Assembly: GCF_006345805.1 (NCBI RefSeq)
Contig: NC_042998.1
Span: 133,734,001 to 133,798,000 of the forward strand
Length of the DNA stretch: 64,000 nucleotides
From: Octopus sinensis
Taxonomy: Eukaryota
Reading direction: 5' to 3'
The translations under genes were made by a program, and so were the position numbers. Positions within the stretch are counted from its first letter, which is position 1. Every line of letters starts with the position of its first letter. This document shows, piece by piece, positions 41,012 through 54,779 of the stretch. The notes beneath the pieces were generated by a model. The model worked only from the letters and a program-made list of their open reading frames with translations. It had not been told where the DNA came from and did no database searches.

Positions 41012-41159
41012 TATGTATGTATGTATGTTGTATGTATGTATGTATGTATGCTTGAAACGGAAAACACCTTTCTTTTCCCTGAGTGTCTTAATACTTTGCA
41101 TGCTGTACCACGTCTTCACGTTGTTTTTTCTTGTCTTTTTCTCCGTTTTTTAATAATAT

Positions 41160-41193
<34 letters not shown>

Positions 41194-41297
41194 ATATATA
41201 TATATAAAATATTATTAGAGACAAAACCACTATTTTGCAAAACAAACAAGGAAAGACTTAATCAATGCATAAAATTTTAATAAATAGTCAAAAACCG

Positions 41298-41340
41298 CCA
41301 CTACAATCGTTTCTTGTCTTGATCGACAATCTTCAGGTGG
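41298..41340 (-). ncRNA. Minimal type I hammerhead ribozyme (left arm)
   Basis: Exact reverse complement of 49425-49467. Confidence 0.82.
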
Positions 41341-42404
41341 ACTTCCAATCTAAAAATCAATATTTTAAAATATAAAAATAATAATTTTAAAATAATTAAA
41401 GTATGAATGAAAAAATATAAGTATATAATCCATATATAACCTATATATAATCCATATATAATCAATATATAAACAATATATAAACTAAAAAAAACCTATC
41501 AACAATTAAATATAAAATATAAAATATAAAATATAAAATATAAAACAAAACAAAAAAATAATAATAATATAATAATAAACTATATATACACCCATACACA
41601 TATACCTAATTATATATAACCATAAACTACATACACTAAATCACACACCTATATATATATCCCTATACATACACATAAAAACGTCTAGGCAACTATAAAT
41701 AAATAAAATAGCTAAATACTTCAACACAATACTTATTCATACTCCCACACACAATACAACCCACATTCACGCTCTAGAAAACGGACATCACTCAAAACTA
41801 TGAACGGAGAGAAATGGAATAAATGGAAAAAAATTATATTCACTTGGTAAAACGAACACTACTTAAAAATTATGAATGAAACAATGCAATAAAACAACAG
41901 ACATCGCAAATAGACACAAATTACTACGAATTCCTTAACAAACCTACCATGATAAACCAAAACTCATAAAAACATATAATGATAAAATCTCCCTTTACTA
42001 AACTCTATAACAAACCTATATAGCAATCCCCCTAACCTAAACATTCACACACAAATACACACACGTAAACCACACCCCCACGACATATACAAATACCCAC
42101 ACCACTTACACATACCAATACATACATATAAACCTCAACATATACTCCAAAAACCCACTCAACCCCACACAGACAAATAAACACAAAAATTATGAATGGA
42201 TTTTTATAAAACTACCATGATAAGCTAAAACTCACAAAACAGAAATGATAAAACCTCCCTTTACTAAACACTATAACATACTTATATAGCAATCCCTTTA
42301 CCTATACATTCACACACAAAAATACACACGTAAACCACACACCCATAACAAATACAAACACCCACCCCACTCACATACACCCACAAGTACATATAAGCCT
42401 CAAT

Positions 42405-44890
42405 TCATCTTTGAAAGATATTCCTATTCCTTCTAGAAAGGAATTTATCTTGAAACTTGTTAATAATGTTAAGGATTTTATTTCTAGAATTAAATGGAAG
42501 CTTTTTACTATAATTTTTATTTATTAATGATATTGATAGTAGGATTGATAATTTTACCTCTAAATTTAAATCTAGAAAGGAACCTCCATTTAATAAAGAA
42601 TTACAATTACTTGAAGATAGTATATGGAAGGTGGTAAAAAATATTGAATTCCATAAATACCCAAATAGAAATAATGAATATTTAAGGAATTTAGCAATTA
42701 AAATTAAAGATATGAGAAATATGGATGGTATTATAGTACAATCTGATAAAACAAGGAACTTATATAAATTAGATGTTAAATTATATGATAAACTATTAGG
42801 GAAAGAAATAATTAAAAAATATAAAATTGTTCCAGATGATATTCTTTATAATATTAATAAGGCCTCTAAAGTAGTAATGTTAAAATATGAGTTGGATAAT
42901 AAAACTGAACCTTATGTACCTTTGCACCCCAGAATTACTCTTAAAGACCATAAAGATAATTTTTATTCAGACCCTAAAGTTAGATTAATTTGCCCATGTA
43001 AATCGGACCTAGGTAAATTAAGTAAATTTATTTTAGATAAATATATTGATAAGTTAAATAAACTTAATTATTTAAAATTATGGTTTAGTAATAATAATAC
43101 ATTGAAATGGTTTAATAATATTAAAGATAAAAATCGTTATAAATTTATTCAAATAGATATAGATAATTATTATTCTTCTATTAATGAAATTGTGTTTAAT
43201 AAAGCGCTTATTTTCGCAATGAATAAAGTGGGTATGTCACGGGAAGAAGTTAATGTAATTAAAATGGCTAGGAAATCGCTAATTAAATATAAAAATAAAT
43301 TATGGGCTAGGAATGATACTAGAGATTGTTTTGATATACCTATGGGAGCACCAGATTCTGCACAGGCTACTGATTTAGTAGGTATTTTTCTTTTATCTGA
43401 ACTCCAATTAGAAAATCTTAAGATAGAGGGTGGTTATTATATAGAGACGATCTTCTACTAGTTACAAAGAATGTGTACTAATAGGAATCTAGAAGTATAT
43501 AAGAAAAAACTATATAGTTTCTTTAAAAGATATGCTTAAGTATTACTATATATAAGGAGAATTATAATGTTAATTATTTAGATGTTAATTTTAATCTTAT
43601 TACAGGTAAAACACAACCATATCATAAACTTAATGAGAACCTTAGATATATAAATGTTAATAGTAATCACCCATTTTCTATAAAAAAATCGTTGATTAAT
43701 AATATAAGTAAACGTATTTCATTACTCTCTTATGATATAGAGATTTTTAATAAACATGCTAATTATTATAATGAGGCCCTTAGAGGGGCAGGTTATAATA
43801 GGAATATTAAATTTTATAATATTAGTGATAAAGATTTAATTGTTAATTTTCGAGATACTTCTAATAATAATTATAATTTTGTTAGGTTTAGTGGTAAAAT
43901 AATAGATATTATAAAAAAAATAATAAAAATGATAAAAATATAAATAAGAATAATAATAATAATAAATATAATAATAATAATATAAATAAGAATAATATAA
44001 ATAAAAATAAATTTAATAATTATTATAATAATTATATTGATAATTTAATAATATTAATAATTCCTTAAATGCTGTACGTAGATATAATTCTGATAATAAT
44101 TTTAATAAAATAAAGAATTATAAATATTTATAATAATGATAATAATAATAAGGTTAATAAGAATAAAATTTGGTTAATAGTTCCTTATGGAGATCAAGTA
44201 AAAACGAATATTATTAAAGAGATTTTAGATGTTATAGAACTATTTATTAGAGATAATCGTAAATATAGAAACATTTTCTCTTTTAATAATTTTGGAGTTG
44301 GTTACTCTACCACTAATAATGTTGGTAACATTATTTCTCCATTTAATAAATATAAACTGAATAATTTTTATAAAAAGAAATTATTTGATAATAATATTAA
44401 TAATGGTAAGACTTATATTAATTGTACATGTAGAGATAAATCTAATTGTATATTAAATAATAATTGTGATATTAACGATGTAGTGTATAAATGTATAGTT
44501 ACATTACATGATAATAACTTTAAGAATAATAATTACACAAAGCGGTTATATAGGTTCTACTTCCTCAAAAATAAACTAAGAATCGCACAACATATGAATT
44601 CTTTTAAAAATAAAAACTTAATCAACTCAACCGGACTTAGTAAGTACATTTGGAGTCTTAAATCACTAAATTATTATAGTTTAATTTGGGAAATAATTTG
44701 TAAAACTAAATCATATACTATAGGAGCTAATTGTTGTTATTTATGCTCTAATGAGTTTAAAGAAATTTTATTTTATAAGTATGATTATTTACTTAATACT
44801 GGTGAAGAGCGCAAAATAAAATGCAGACATAAGTTACTTTACCTATATATAAGTTTCATGATAAATAGCAATAATAGTTCCCTTTTAGGT
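42405..44890 (+). pseudogene. PLE polyprotein: RT + linker + GIY-YIG endonuclease, several frameshifts
   Basis: SLKDIPIPS..SRIKWK; ITLKDHK..PKVRLICPCKSDLGKLSK; FIQIDIDNYYSSI; FDIPMGAPDSAQATDLVG; YRDD (2-nt shift near 43440); YLDVNF; SNHP; CTCRDKSNCILNNNC; VVYKCIVT..YIGST-like; TGLSKYIW; CYLC; KCRH. Confidence 0.9.
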
Positions 44891-46182
44891 TACTTTAGTT
44901 TAGTTTAAATTAGTTTAGATAATATATTTTTGTTATGTTGTCTAGGCTTTAATTATAGTTAGTCTTTATTGATATTTCTTTGTTTTAATTAGTTCATTTT
45001 TAATGTATATAATTTAACAGTTTATGGTACGTTAAAACTTTAATAATTTATATTAGATTTTTTTTTCTTATTTTATATTTTTTATTTTTTTTATTTTTTT
45101 ATTTTTTTATTTTTTTTTATTTTTATTTGTATTTTATTTTATTATGTATTTTTATTATGCATTTGTTATATGTATTTTGGAGGATATATTTATATGTTTA
45201 TGGGTGTTATTTAGTGGTGTTTTTATTGAGTTTTGTATGTATGTGTGAATGTTTAAGATCCCTTTGTTTTTTGTTTTTTATTTGGTATGTTGAATTGACA
45301 GATTTTATTTGGGTATTGTCTGTTATAATAAAGTACACACACCCATAACAAATATAAGTGCCCACTTCATTCACTGTACCTGGAATTGCATGTGAGCCTC
45401 AGCATATACACCTAACGGCCACTCCCGCCCCACATGGATAAATAAACACATACATCCCCAAAAATGGGCGTAATCCCATTCACACCAATTATATGTATTA
45501 ATTATACACACTAGAATAATACATAACTAACCCAAATATACAGAACATACTAAAAATCACCAACTAACCACCATCACAAATGAAACCCACACCCATACAA
45601 TGACAAAACTCCCCCCTCCATACCCAATTTACACCCACATAGTAATCCCAATATATTCATCCATACATGGACGCAAGTGCGTGAAGCACATGCACACAAT
45701 TAATACGTACAACCCCCTAATACACACTCATATACATACGTATCAAGCTCGACATCCACAGCGATACGCTTACACCCACTCACACCCAGATGGGTGAATT
45801 GCACAACCAGGGAACGCACACACACACGTGTGCGTTTTTTGATTGTGCAATTCGCCCATATGCATGTATGCGGGCGCGATTACATTGTTGCATATATCGA
45901 GCCCAAATAGCATGCATATGTACATGTGAGGAGGTACACGCAAATGACGTGCGCGTGTACCCCCTGCATTTATACCCGTGCGTGAATATACACATGGAGA
46001 CTACCACACAGGTACAAATGTGTATAGTAATGGGAGCCCCATCACTACACTCAATGTATACTCTCACCCATCCGCACGGATGTGTAAGTGTATCTCCGGT
46101 GTATATGTTGAGGCTTATATGTAGCGCTGTGGAGGCGAACGTCGTTGAAATTGTGAATGAATGGGTGGAGTTGGGAATTGTA

Positions 46183-48212
46183 ACCGGGTGGTGGACTAGC
46201 GTTGCTTGGAATTGTGAATGGATTAGTGTGGTAGTGAGGTAGGCATCGAGAATAGGTTTGGGTTACTGCAAGTTGTTTGTTAGAGCTGCTAAGGTGAGCT
46301 AAAGCTCATAATTGTATATAATGATTTTTCATGGTAGTTTTTTAAAGAATCCATTCATAATAAATTTTTAAGTAGTGTTGGTTTGCTACGTGGATATAGT
46401 TTTTAGTTCCATTTATTCTATTTCTCCATTCATAATTTAAATGACGTTTACTTTCTATGGCGCGTATTCTTTTTTTTACATAGTTATTTCTATGGTAACG
46501 TAATTTTGGTTGGATTTTTTTAACGGCTAAGAATTTAATTTCACTTCATAATTGAAACTGACTTGTAAGTATGTATTTTATTTATCCTTATGTCATATTG
46601 TTATTTTTGATATTCTGGTTAATTACGATGTATTTAATGTTGTTTTCATAGGAGTGTTTATGTATATGAGATTGTGTGTGAGTTTTTAGTTGTATAATTT
46701 ATTTATCTGTATGAGTGTGGGTGTGTAAATATTGTTGTATATATCGAGTTTAGTGAGTATGTATATGCGTATATGTGAGGGAGTATATGTATCTGTTGTG
46801 TGTGTGTGTTTTGTTGCGTGTGTGTGTGTTTGTGTGTGAATGTTATATGGGTTTGTTATTTAGGTTTTGGGATGTATGTGTTAATTTGTCTGTGTGGGGA
46901 GGGAGTGGGTTTTGGTGTATATTGAGGTTTATAAGTTAGTATAGGTATGTGTATAAGTCGTGGCTGTGGTTTACGTGTGTGTATTTGTGTGTGAATGTTT
47001 AGGTTAGGGGGATTGCTATATAGGTTTGTTATAGAGTTTAGCAAAGGGAGATTTTATCGTTATATGTTTTTATGAGTTTTGGTTTATCATGGTTTTTTTT
47101 TAGGGAATTCGTGGTAATTTGTCTATTTTCGATGTGTTTGTTTTATACATTGTTTCATTAATTATATTTTTGAGTGGTGTTCGTTTTGCCACGTGAATAA
47201 CCGGTGTGGACTAGCGTTGCTTGGAATTGTGAATGGAATAGTGTAGTAGTGAGGTAGGCATAGAGAATGGGTTTGGGTTACTGCAAGTTGTTTGTTAGAG
47301 CTGCTAAGGTGAGCTAAATCTCATTAATGTATATAATGATTTTTCATGGTAGTTTTTTAAAGAATCCATTCATAATAAATTTTTTTAAGTAGTGTTGGTT
47401 TGCCACGTGGATATAGTTTTTAGTTCCATTTATTCTATTTCTCCATTCATAATTTAAATGAAGTTTACTTTCCATGGCGCGTATTCTTTTTTTACATAAG
47501 TTATTTCTATGGTAACGTAATTTTGGTTTGATTTTTTTAACGGCTAAGAATTTAATTTCACTTCATAATTTGAAACTGACTTGTAAGTATGTATTTTATT
47601 TATCCTTATGTCATTTGTTATTTTTGATATTCTGGTTAATTACGATGTATTTAATGTTGTTTTCATAGGAGTGTTTATGTATATGAGATTGTGTGTGAGT
47701 TTTTAGTTGTATAATTTATTTATCTGTATGAGTGTGGGTGTGTAAATATTGTTGTATATATCGAGTTTAGTGAGTATGTATATGCGTATATGTGAGGGAG
47801 TATATGTATCTGTTGTGTGTGTGTGTTTTGCGTGTGTGTGTGTTTGTGTGTGAATGTGTATATGGGTTTGTTATTTAGGTTTTGGGATGTATGTGTTAAT
47901 TTGTCTGTGTGGGGAGTTGAGTGGGTTTTGGTGTATATTGAGGTTTATAAGTTAGTATAGGTATGTTTATAAGTCGTGGGTCTGTGGTTTACGTGTGTGT
48001 ATTTGTGTGTGAATGTTTAGGTTAGGGGGATTACTATATAGGTTTGTTATAGAGTTTAGCAAGGGAGATTTTATCGTTATATGTTTTAAGAGTTTTGTTT
48101 ATCATGGTTTTTTTAGGGAATTCGTGGTAATTTGTCTATTTTCGATTGTTTGTTTTTTTATACATTGTTTCATTCATAATTTTTGAGTGGTGTTCGTTTT
48201 GCCACGTGAATA
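46183..48212 (+). repeat. Two tandem ~1.02 kb units within the PLE non-coding region
   Basis: accgg..gtggactagcgttgcttggaattgtgaatgg starts at 46183 and 47200; both units end gttcgttttgccacgtgaata. Confidence 0.9.
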
Positions 48213-49424
48213 TTATTTTAAATTCCATTTATTTTATTCCTCTTCATTCATTAATTTAGAGATGTTCGTTTCCAGAGCGGTTATACTTTTTATACATATG
48301 TTAAGTTCCTTGTAAAGTAATTTTGTTTGGTGTATATGTTGAGGCTTATATGTACTTGTGGGTGTATGTGAGTGGGTGGGTGTTTGTATTTGTTATGGGT
48401 GTGTGGTTTACGTGTGTGTTTTTTGTGTGTGAATGTATAGGTAAAGGGATTGCTATATAAGTATGTTATAGTGTTTAGTAAAGGGAGGTTTTATCATTTC
48501 TGTTTTGTGAGTTTTAGCTTATAGCATGGTAGTTTTATAAAAGAATCCATTCATAATTTTGTGTTTATTTGTCTGTGTGGGGTTGAGTGGGTTTTTGGAG
48601 TATATGTTGAGGTTTATATGTATGTATTGGTATGTGTAAGTGGTGTGGGTATTTGTATATGTCGTGGGTGTGTGGTTTACGTGTGTGTATTTGTGTGTGA
48701 ATGTTTAGGTTAGGGGGATTGCTATATAGGTTTGTTATAGAGTTTAGTAAAGGGAGATTTTATCATTATATGTTTTTATGAGTTTTGGTTTATCATGTAG
48801 GTTTGTTAAGGAATTCGTAGTAATTTGTGTCTATTTGCGATGTCTGTTGTTTTATTGCATTGTTTCATTTAATTTTTAAGTAGTGTTCGTTTTACCAAGT
48901 GAATATAATTTTTAATTCCATTTATTCCATTTCTCCGTTCATAGTTTTGAGTGATGTCCGTTTACTAGAGCGTGAATGTGGGTTGTATGTGTGTGTGTGT
49001 GGGAGTATGAATAAGTATTGTGTTGAAGTATTTAGCTATAGCTATTTTATTTATTTATAGTTGCCTAGACTTTTTTATGTGTATGTATAGGGATATATAT
49101 ATAGGTGTGTGATTTAGTGTATGTAGTTTATGGTTATATATAATTAGGTATATGTGTATGGGTGTATATATATAGTTTATTATTATATTATTATTATTTT
49201 TTTGTTTTGTTTTATATTTTATATTTTATATTATATTTTATATTTATATTAATTGTTGATAGGTTTTTTTTAGTTTATATATTGTTTATATATTTGATTA
49301 TATATGGATTATATATAGGTTATATATGGATTATACTTATTTTTTTTCATTCATACTTTATTATTTTAAAATTATTAAATTATATTTTTATATTTTAAAA
49401 TATTTGATTTTTTAGATTGGAAGT

Positions 49425-49467
49425 CCACCTGAAGATTGTCGATCAAGACAAGAAACGATTGTAGTGG
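49425..49467 (+). ncRNA. Minimal type I hammerhead ribozyme (right arm, ORF-sense)
   Basis: CCAC-CUGAAGA-UUGUC-gaucaa-GACAA-GAAA-C-gauu-GUA-GUGG: intact core, GUA cleavage triplet. Confidence 0.85.
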
Positions 49468-49657
49468 CGGTTTTTTTGACTATTTATTAAAATTTTATGC
49501 ATTGATTAAGTCTTTCCTTGTTTGTTTTGCAAAATAGTGGTTTTGTCTCTAATAATATTTTATAATATTTTACTATAAAATTGGATTTAATCCTAAATCT
49601 GATTTTTTTCCCTGTAAATTTGGATTTATTCCCTAATATTTATTATTATATATATAT

Positions 49658-49691
<34 letters not shown>

Positions 49692-49702
49692 ATATATATA
49701 TA

Positions 49703-50480
49703 TTGGTTTGAGGAATAGTTCATGAGCTTCCTTTTTTTCTTTCAAATTTAAAAATGCATGCAGAAATAAAGCGTATTGGGAAAATGTTTTGTTATTTGAA
49801 AGAGAAGTTTTTGCTCTACAAAATTGTGTTTTGAGTTTTTAATTTTATCGATTTTTGTGTATTGTCAGATCATTTAAATGGGATGTCGACTGGAAAAATT
49901 GCGCATTTTCGACACCATTTGCTTTTTGCATTTACTCGAGGTGTTAAGCCCACCGAAGCTGCTCGGGAGATTTGTGCTGTGTATGGAGAAGGAGCAATGC
50001 CTCAAAGTACCGCCGCTAGTTTTTGCACTTCAAAGATAGGAATTTTGATCTCATGGACGGTTCACACACCGGTCGACCAATTTAGTTCGATGAACATTGC
50101 CCACTGAGTGAAAGTGGTTCACCATAGTTTTTCTTTTTTATATAACAATCCATCTTCACCGCCAATTCTCTGGTCGCTTGACATGGATCTTCGTGAAAAA
50201 GCTGATTCAATCGCTCTTCATCGAACTGAGTTGGTCGACCGGTGTGTGATCCATCCTTAAAACCAAGATTCTCAATTTTGAAGTGCGAAAACCAACTTTG
50301 AGGCATTGCTCCTTCTCCATACAGAGCACAAATTTCACGAGCAGCTTTGGCGGGCTTAACACGTCGATTAAATGCAAAGAGCAAATGGTGTCGAAAATGC
50401 TCAGTTTTATCCACTTGACATTCCATTTTTATGATCTGAAAATACACAAGAACATAGAAAACGAACTTTTTTTCGAACAA
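49703..50480. mobile_element. Second mariner family: fold-back of two transposase 5' ends
   Basis: + HFRHHLLFAFTRGVKPTEAAREICAVYGEGAM; - EHFRHHLLFAFNRRVKPAKAAREICALYGEG..GRPTQFDEERL; junction ~50094. Confidence 0.82.
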
Positions 50481-51129
50481 CGTAAAAAACAAAGAAACAA
50501 GCCATGCAACATAAAGAATATTCCCCTTCATCAGTTGTCCCTGTTTCATCTACTTCGTTTCATCTATATATATATATATATATAGATATACATACTTATA
50601 CACACATGCAAACACGCGCACGCACACACGCGCGTGCACATGAAAAGGTCACTAAACAGAATTTCGTAATAGAGGCAATAACGTATGGTGGAATGATGGG
50701 GAATAATGAGACCTGGGGTTAAATTAGTTCTGTTTCTTAAAAAAAATATATATATTATTGAAGAATGTCAACAATACGTCTAAGGTGAAACTGCGCAGCG
50801 TAGAATTCTACATACTAAATACAAAAATGCCGTAGGGTCTAATATATAGGGATTTGGTCAACTGAAATTAACCGAAGAATTTGTTGGTAAAATGTGTCTC
50901 GGTGTGTGCTTAAAATAGAACAATTCCAAGATAAGGAAATACTTCTGCAAGATCAGTCTCTCGAAATCTTTAGCCATACACACTGTTGCTGTCACCAGTT
51001 GTATTTAAAGATTTCAGTCTTTAAATGTAACTGGTTTTAGCAACGCTCATATTCCAATCAAATAATGTCTCTTCAGTGAAGTACATTCTAATCAGATACC
51101 TGATCTAACTATGATCATTAAATAAGAGA

Positions 51130-51175
<46 letters not shown>

Positions 51176-51229
51176 GCATGGTATGTAAAAAAAAACGCAA
51201 CAGAACCACTATTACTGGAAGTAAGAAGG

Positions 51230-51965
<736 letters not shown>

Positions 51966-52668
51966 TCCTTTTGATCCTCATTGTCTATAGACTTGGGTTT
52001 GCTTTTTAGGATTGGAGAGAAATCAACTTTTAATTCTTTTTCACATACAATATCTGGTTTTCTTTGATATAATAGATATAATAGCGACTGTTCAGATTGT
52101 TTTCTTCAAATATTCCTTCCTTTTGACTTATGTTTTTGTTGGGAGAAATTCAATGTTAATCTATTGATCTAAATATTATTTCTGCTTGTTTATAATGTCG
52201 AGTCATCAGGAATGAAACAGTAAAGTGAAACCCATTGAGATTTAAGCAGAAACGTGAGATATACAAACTAAATAGACTAAAGCACTTTACTGTCTCAACA
52301 TACCTTATAACGATATTAACACCTATCATTTATTTTCTATAATCATTCTTGCATGACCACTTATGGTTTCTTATGATTCAAAATATTGTTTATTTATTGA
52401 TATTTGGAGCAAATATGTTTTGTTCCATATCAGTTTTTACCTCCAGTCTCCACTTTTATATTAAGCTATTAAAATTTCTACTTTACATCCCGCAGCAGCT
52501 TTTGTTGCTTTTGATATGCGATCTATAGTAATTTGAAGTAAAATTTCAAAAATTGTTTTTATTACCTTGAGTCTTTCAGCACATTCCTTAGTTTTTCTTT
52601 CTCTCTAATTTCTAGTGTTTTGTATCTTTATTTTCATATCATATTTATGTCTTTTCTTTATAACATTA

Positions 52669-54367
52669 CTAGCAGAGATACCCGGCGTTGCCCATGTTAC
52701 ATACAATTGAAGAATTAGACTTTTCTGTTATATTTTCTCTAATGAACTGGAATATCTATGTTTCGAATTTCATCAAAATTGCAGATGAGGGTTATTTCCC
52801 TCTTTACACACCCCCAAAAATTGTAATCGTGCCACATATATCCCATACTACTGATTTTTATGCGCATATTCCAAAATTCCAGTCTTATTGAACCTGTTAA
52901 AAAGATGTTGCTCCTGAAAAATGGAGGTCATAGAGCTATAAAATGTGAGAGTTAACGACCCTGTTGGGGGTAGGCATCTTAATGTCAACCAGAGAAGTTG
53001 AATTGTTGAGAATCTTTTTTACTTGGGTCTTATATCTATTGTTTGAATTTCTTTGAAATAGGAAATATATGTTCACTGGGTTTGTAAAAGAGAGCAAAGC
53101 TACAGGAAAGCAAAAGACGAATGATCACAATAAGCAGTCAGTTACCCTACCCTAGCCGTTACCACTCCCAATGTAGGATTCCTCACCATCCAGGTGACAG
53201 GCACAGCCGTAAGATGCATTACGAATCTATAGCAATTGGAAGAGCGTGACCCAACTGAAATCAACATTAACAACAGTGTGACGTGAGGGCTAAGGAGGAA
53301 TGAAAGTTGGAGTTTGCAAATGACCATTATACTGATATGTAACTGGACAGAATAAATTTACAATCTATAAATGTCTTTGAATAACCAGTCACTCATCTGG
53401 GAAGGCCTTGAAATCAATGTTACCATGTGGGGACTATGTGTGACCCAGTGATAATAAAAAGACTGAAAGGAGGTCTGCAATCAAATAACTTTACTCAACA
53501 ATTTGCAACTGAATCAGTGGAGGCAAAGATGCCTCTCATTTACTTGACAAATTATGCAGCACATTGCAGAAATCACAATCTAAGTGTATGTCAAAGCAAA
53601 CGCTTACACTGTTGTACCATTGAATTACAAATAATGCTCATCTTCTATGCTCCGATGACCGCACAGCTTCCAAGAGTACAACTATTCGTCTTTGCTTCGA
53701 TAAAATGACAAAATTGTGGGTGTTAAGTCCCTATGAAGGGGTCTTTCTAACTTGTAAGAAGATGAAATTTTATAAATATTATTTCATTTGTATCTAATAT
53801 CTATGATTAAAATTTCATCAACACCAAAAATATATGAATTGTCATGGGGGTTGTGGCCCTTATGCATAGATTATAATTTCCAAATTTCGTAAAGATCCAT
53901 TCAGTACTTTTGACTTAGTTTTGGATCATAAAAGAAATGACTAAAATTTGGAAGTTAAGGCCCCCATTAGGGTGTCTTAGAATCCTCATGTGAAGTGGAA
54001 ACTTTGAGAACACTTCTTGATGTGTGTCAATTACCCATGGTTGAAATTTCATCAACATCGAAAATTTATGAATTTTCATGGGGGGTTCTGCCCCCTTTAA
54101 ACCATCCGAAATTCAAACCAAACATATTGCGTTATACTCGCCTTTATGCATTGAATCTAAGTTTCTAATATCATAAGGATCCATTCAGAAATTTTGGTCC
54201 ATGAAATTGTATGAAACACACAGCATTACCCTTCTGCATGGGCTTCGATTTTGTGTTCCAAATTTCATTATGATCGGTGCAGCAGTTTTCGAATGCATGA
54301 ATAGTACACGAACACATAAAGACATAGTCTTTGATATAATAAATATGAATGTACACATATACATACA

Positions 54368-54466
<99 letters not shown>

Positions 54467-54723
54467 CACAAAGATAAATTGATAGATACAACTGGGTGGG
54501 CGAACAAAAATATGAGACACAGCGTAGTGCTTTTTTATGTTGATAAGCCTGGTACTTATTCTATTAGTTTCTTCTTGTGAAACCAGTAAGTTATGGGGAT
54601 GTAAATAAACGAACAGCAGTTGTGAAGCAGTGATGAGGGTGAAATACAGAAACAAAGTCACACACATACACTTAAATATATACATACATATATATACGAT
54701 TGATTTCTTTCAGTTTCTGTCTA

Positions 54724-54779
<56 letters not shown>

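Larger units (their letters stand above)
41204..49563 (+). mobile_element. Penelope-like element complex (probably Hydra-type, C-terminal GIY-YIG) with inverted pseudo-LTR arms
   Basis: RT + GIY-YIG ORF; 41204-42403 is the reverse complement of ~48339-49563; HHR in each arm; (TA)n on both flanks. Confidence 0.88.

Noticed and set aside
45780-46242. Overlapping 95 aa and 150 aa ORFs in the GC-richer block
   Set aside because: Explained by transition changes removing stop codons from a non-coding repeat.
41204-49563. Interpretation as a TIR DNA transposon, CRISPR array or organellar insertion
   Set aside because: The ORF is RT plus GIY-YIG, the arms carry HHRs, and there is no repeat-spacer periodicity or organellar gene.
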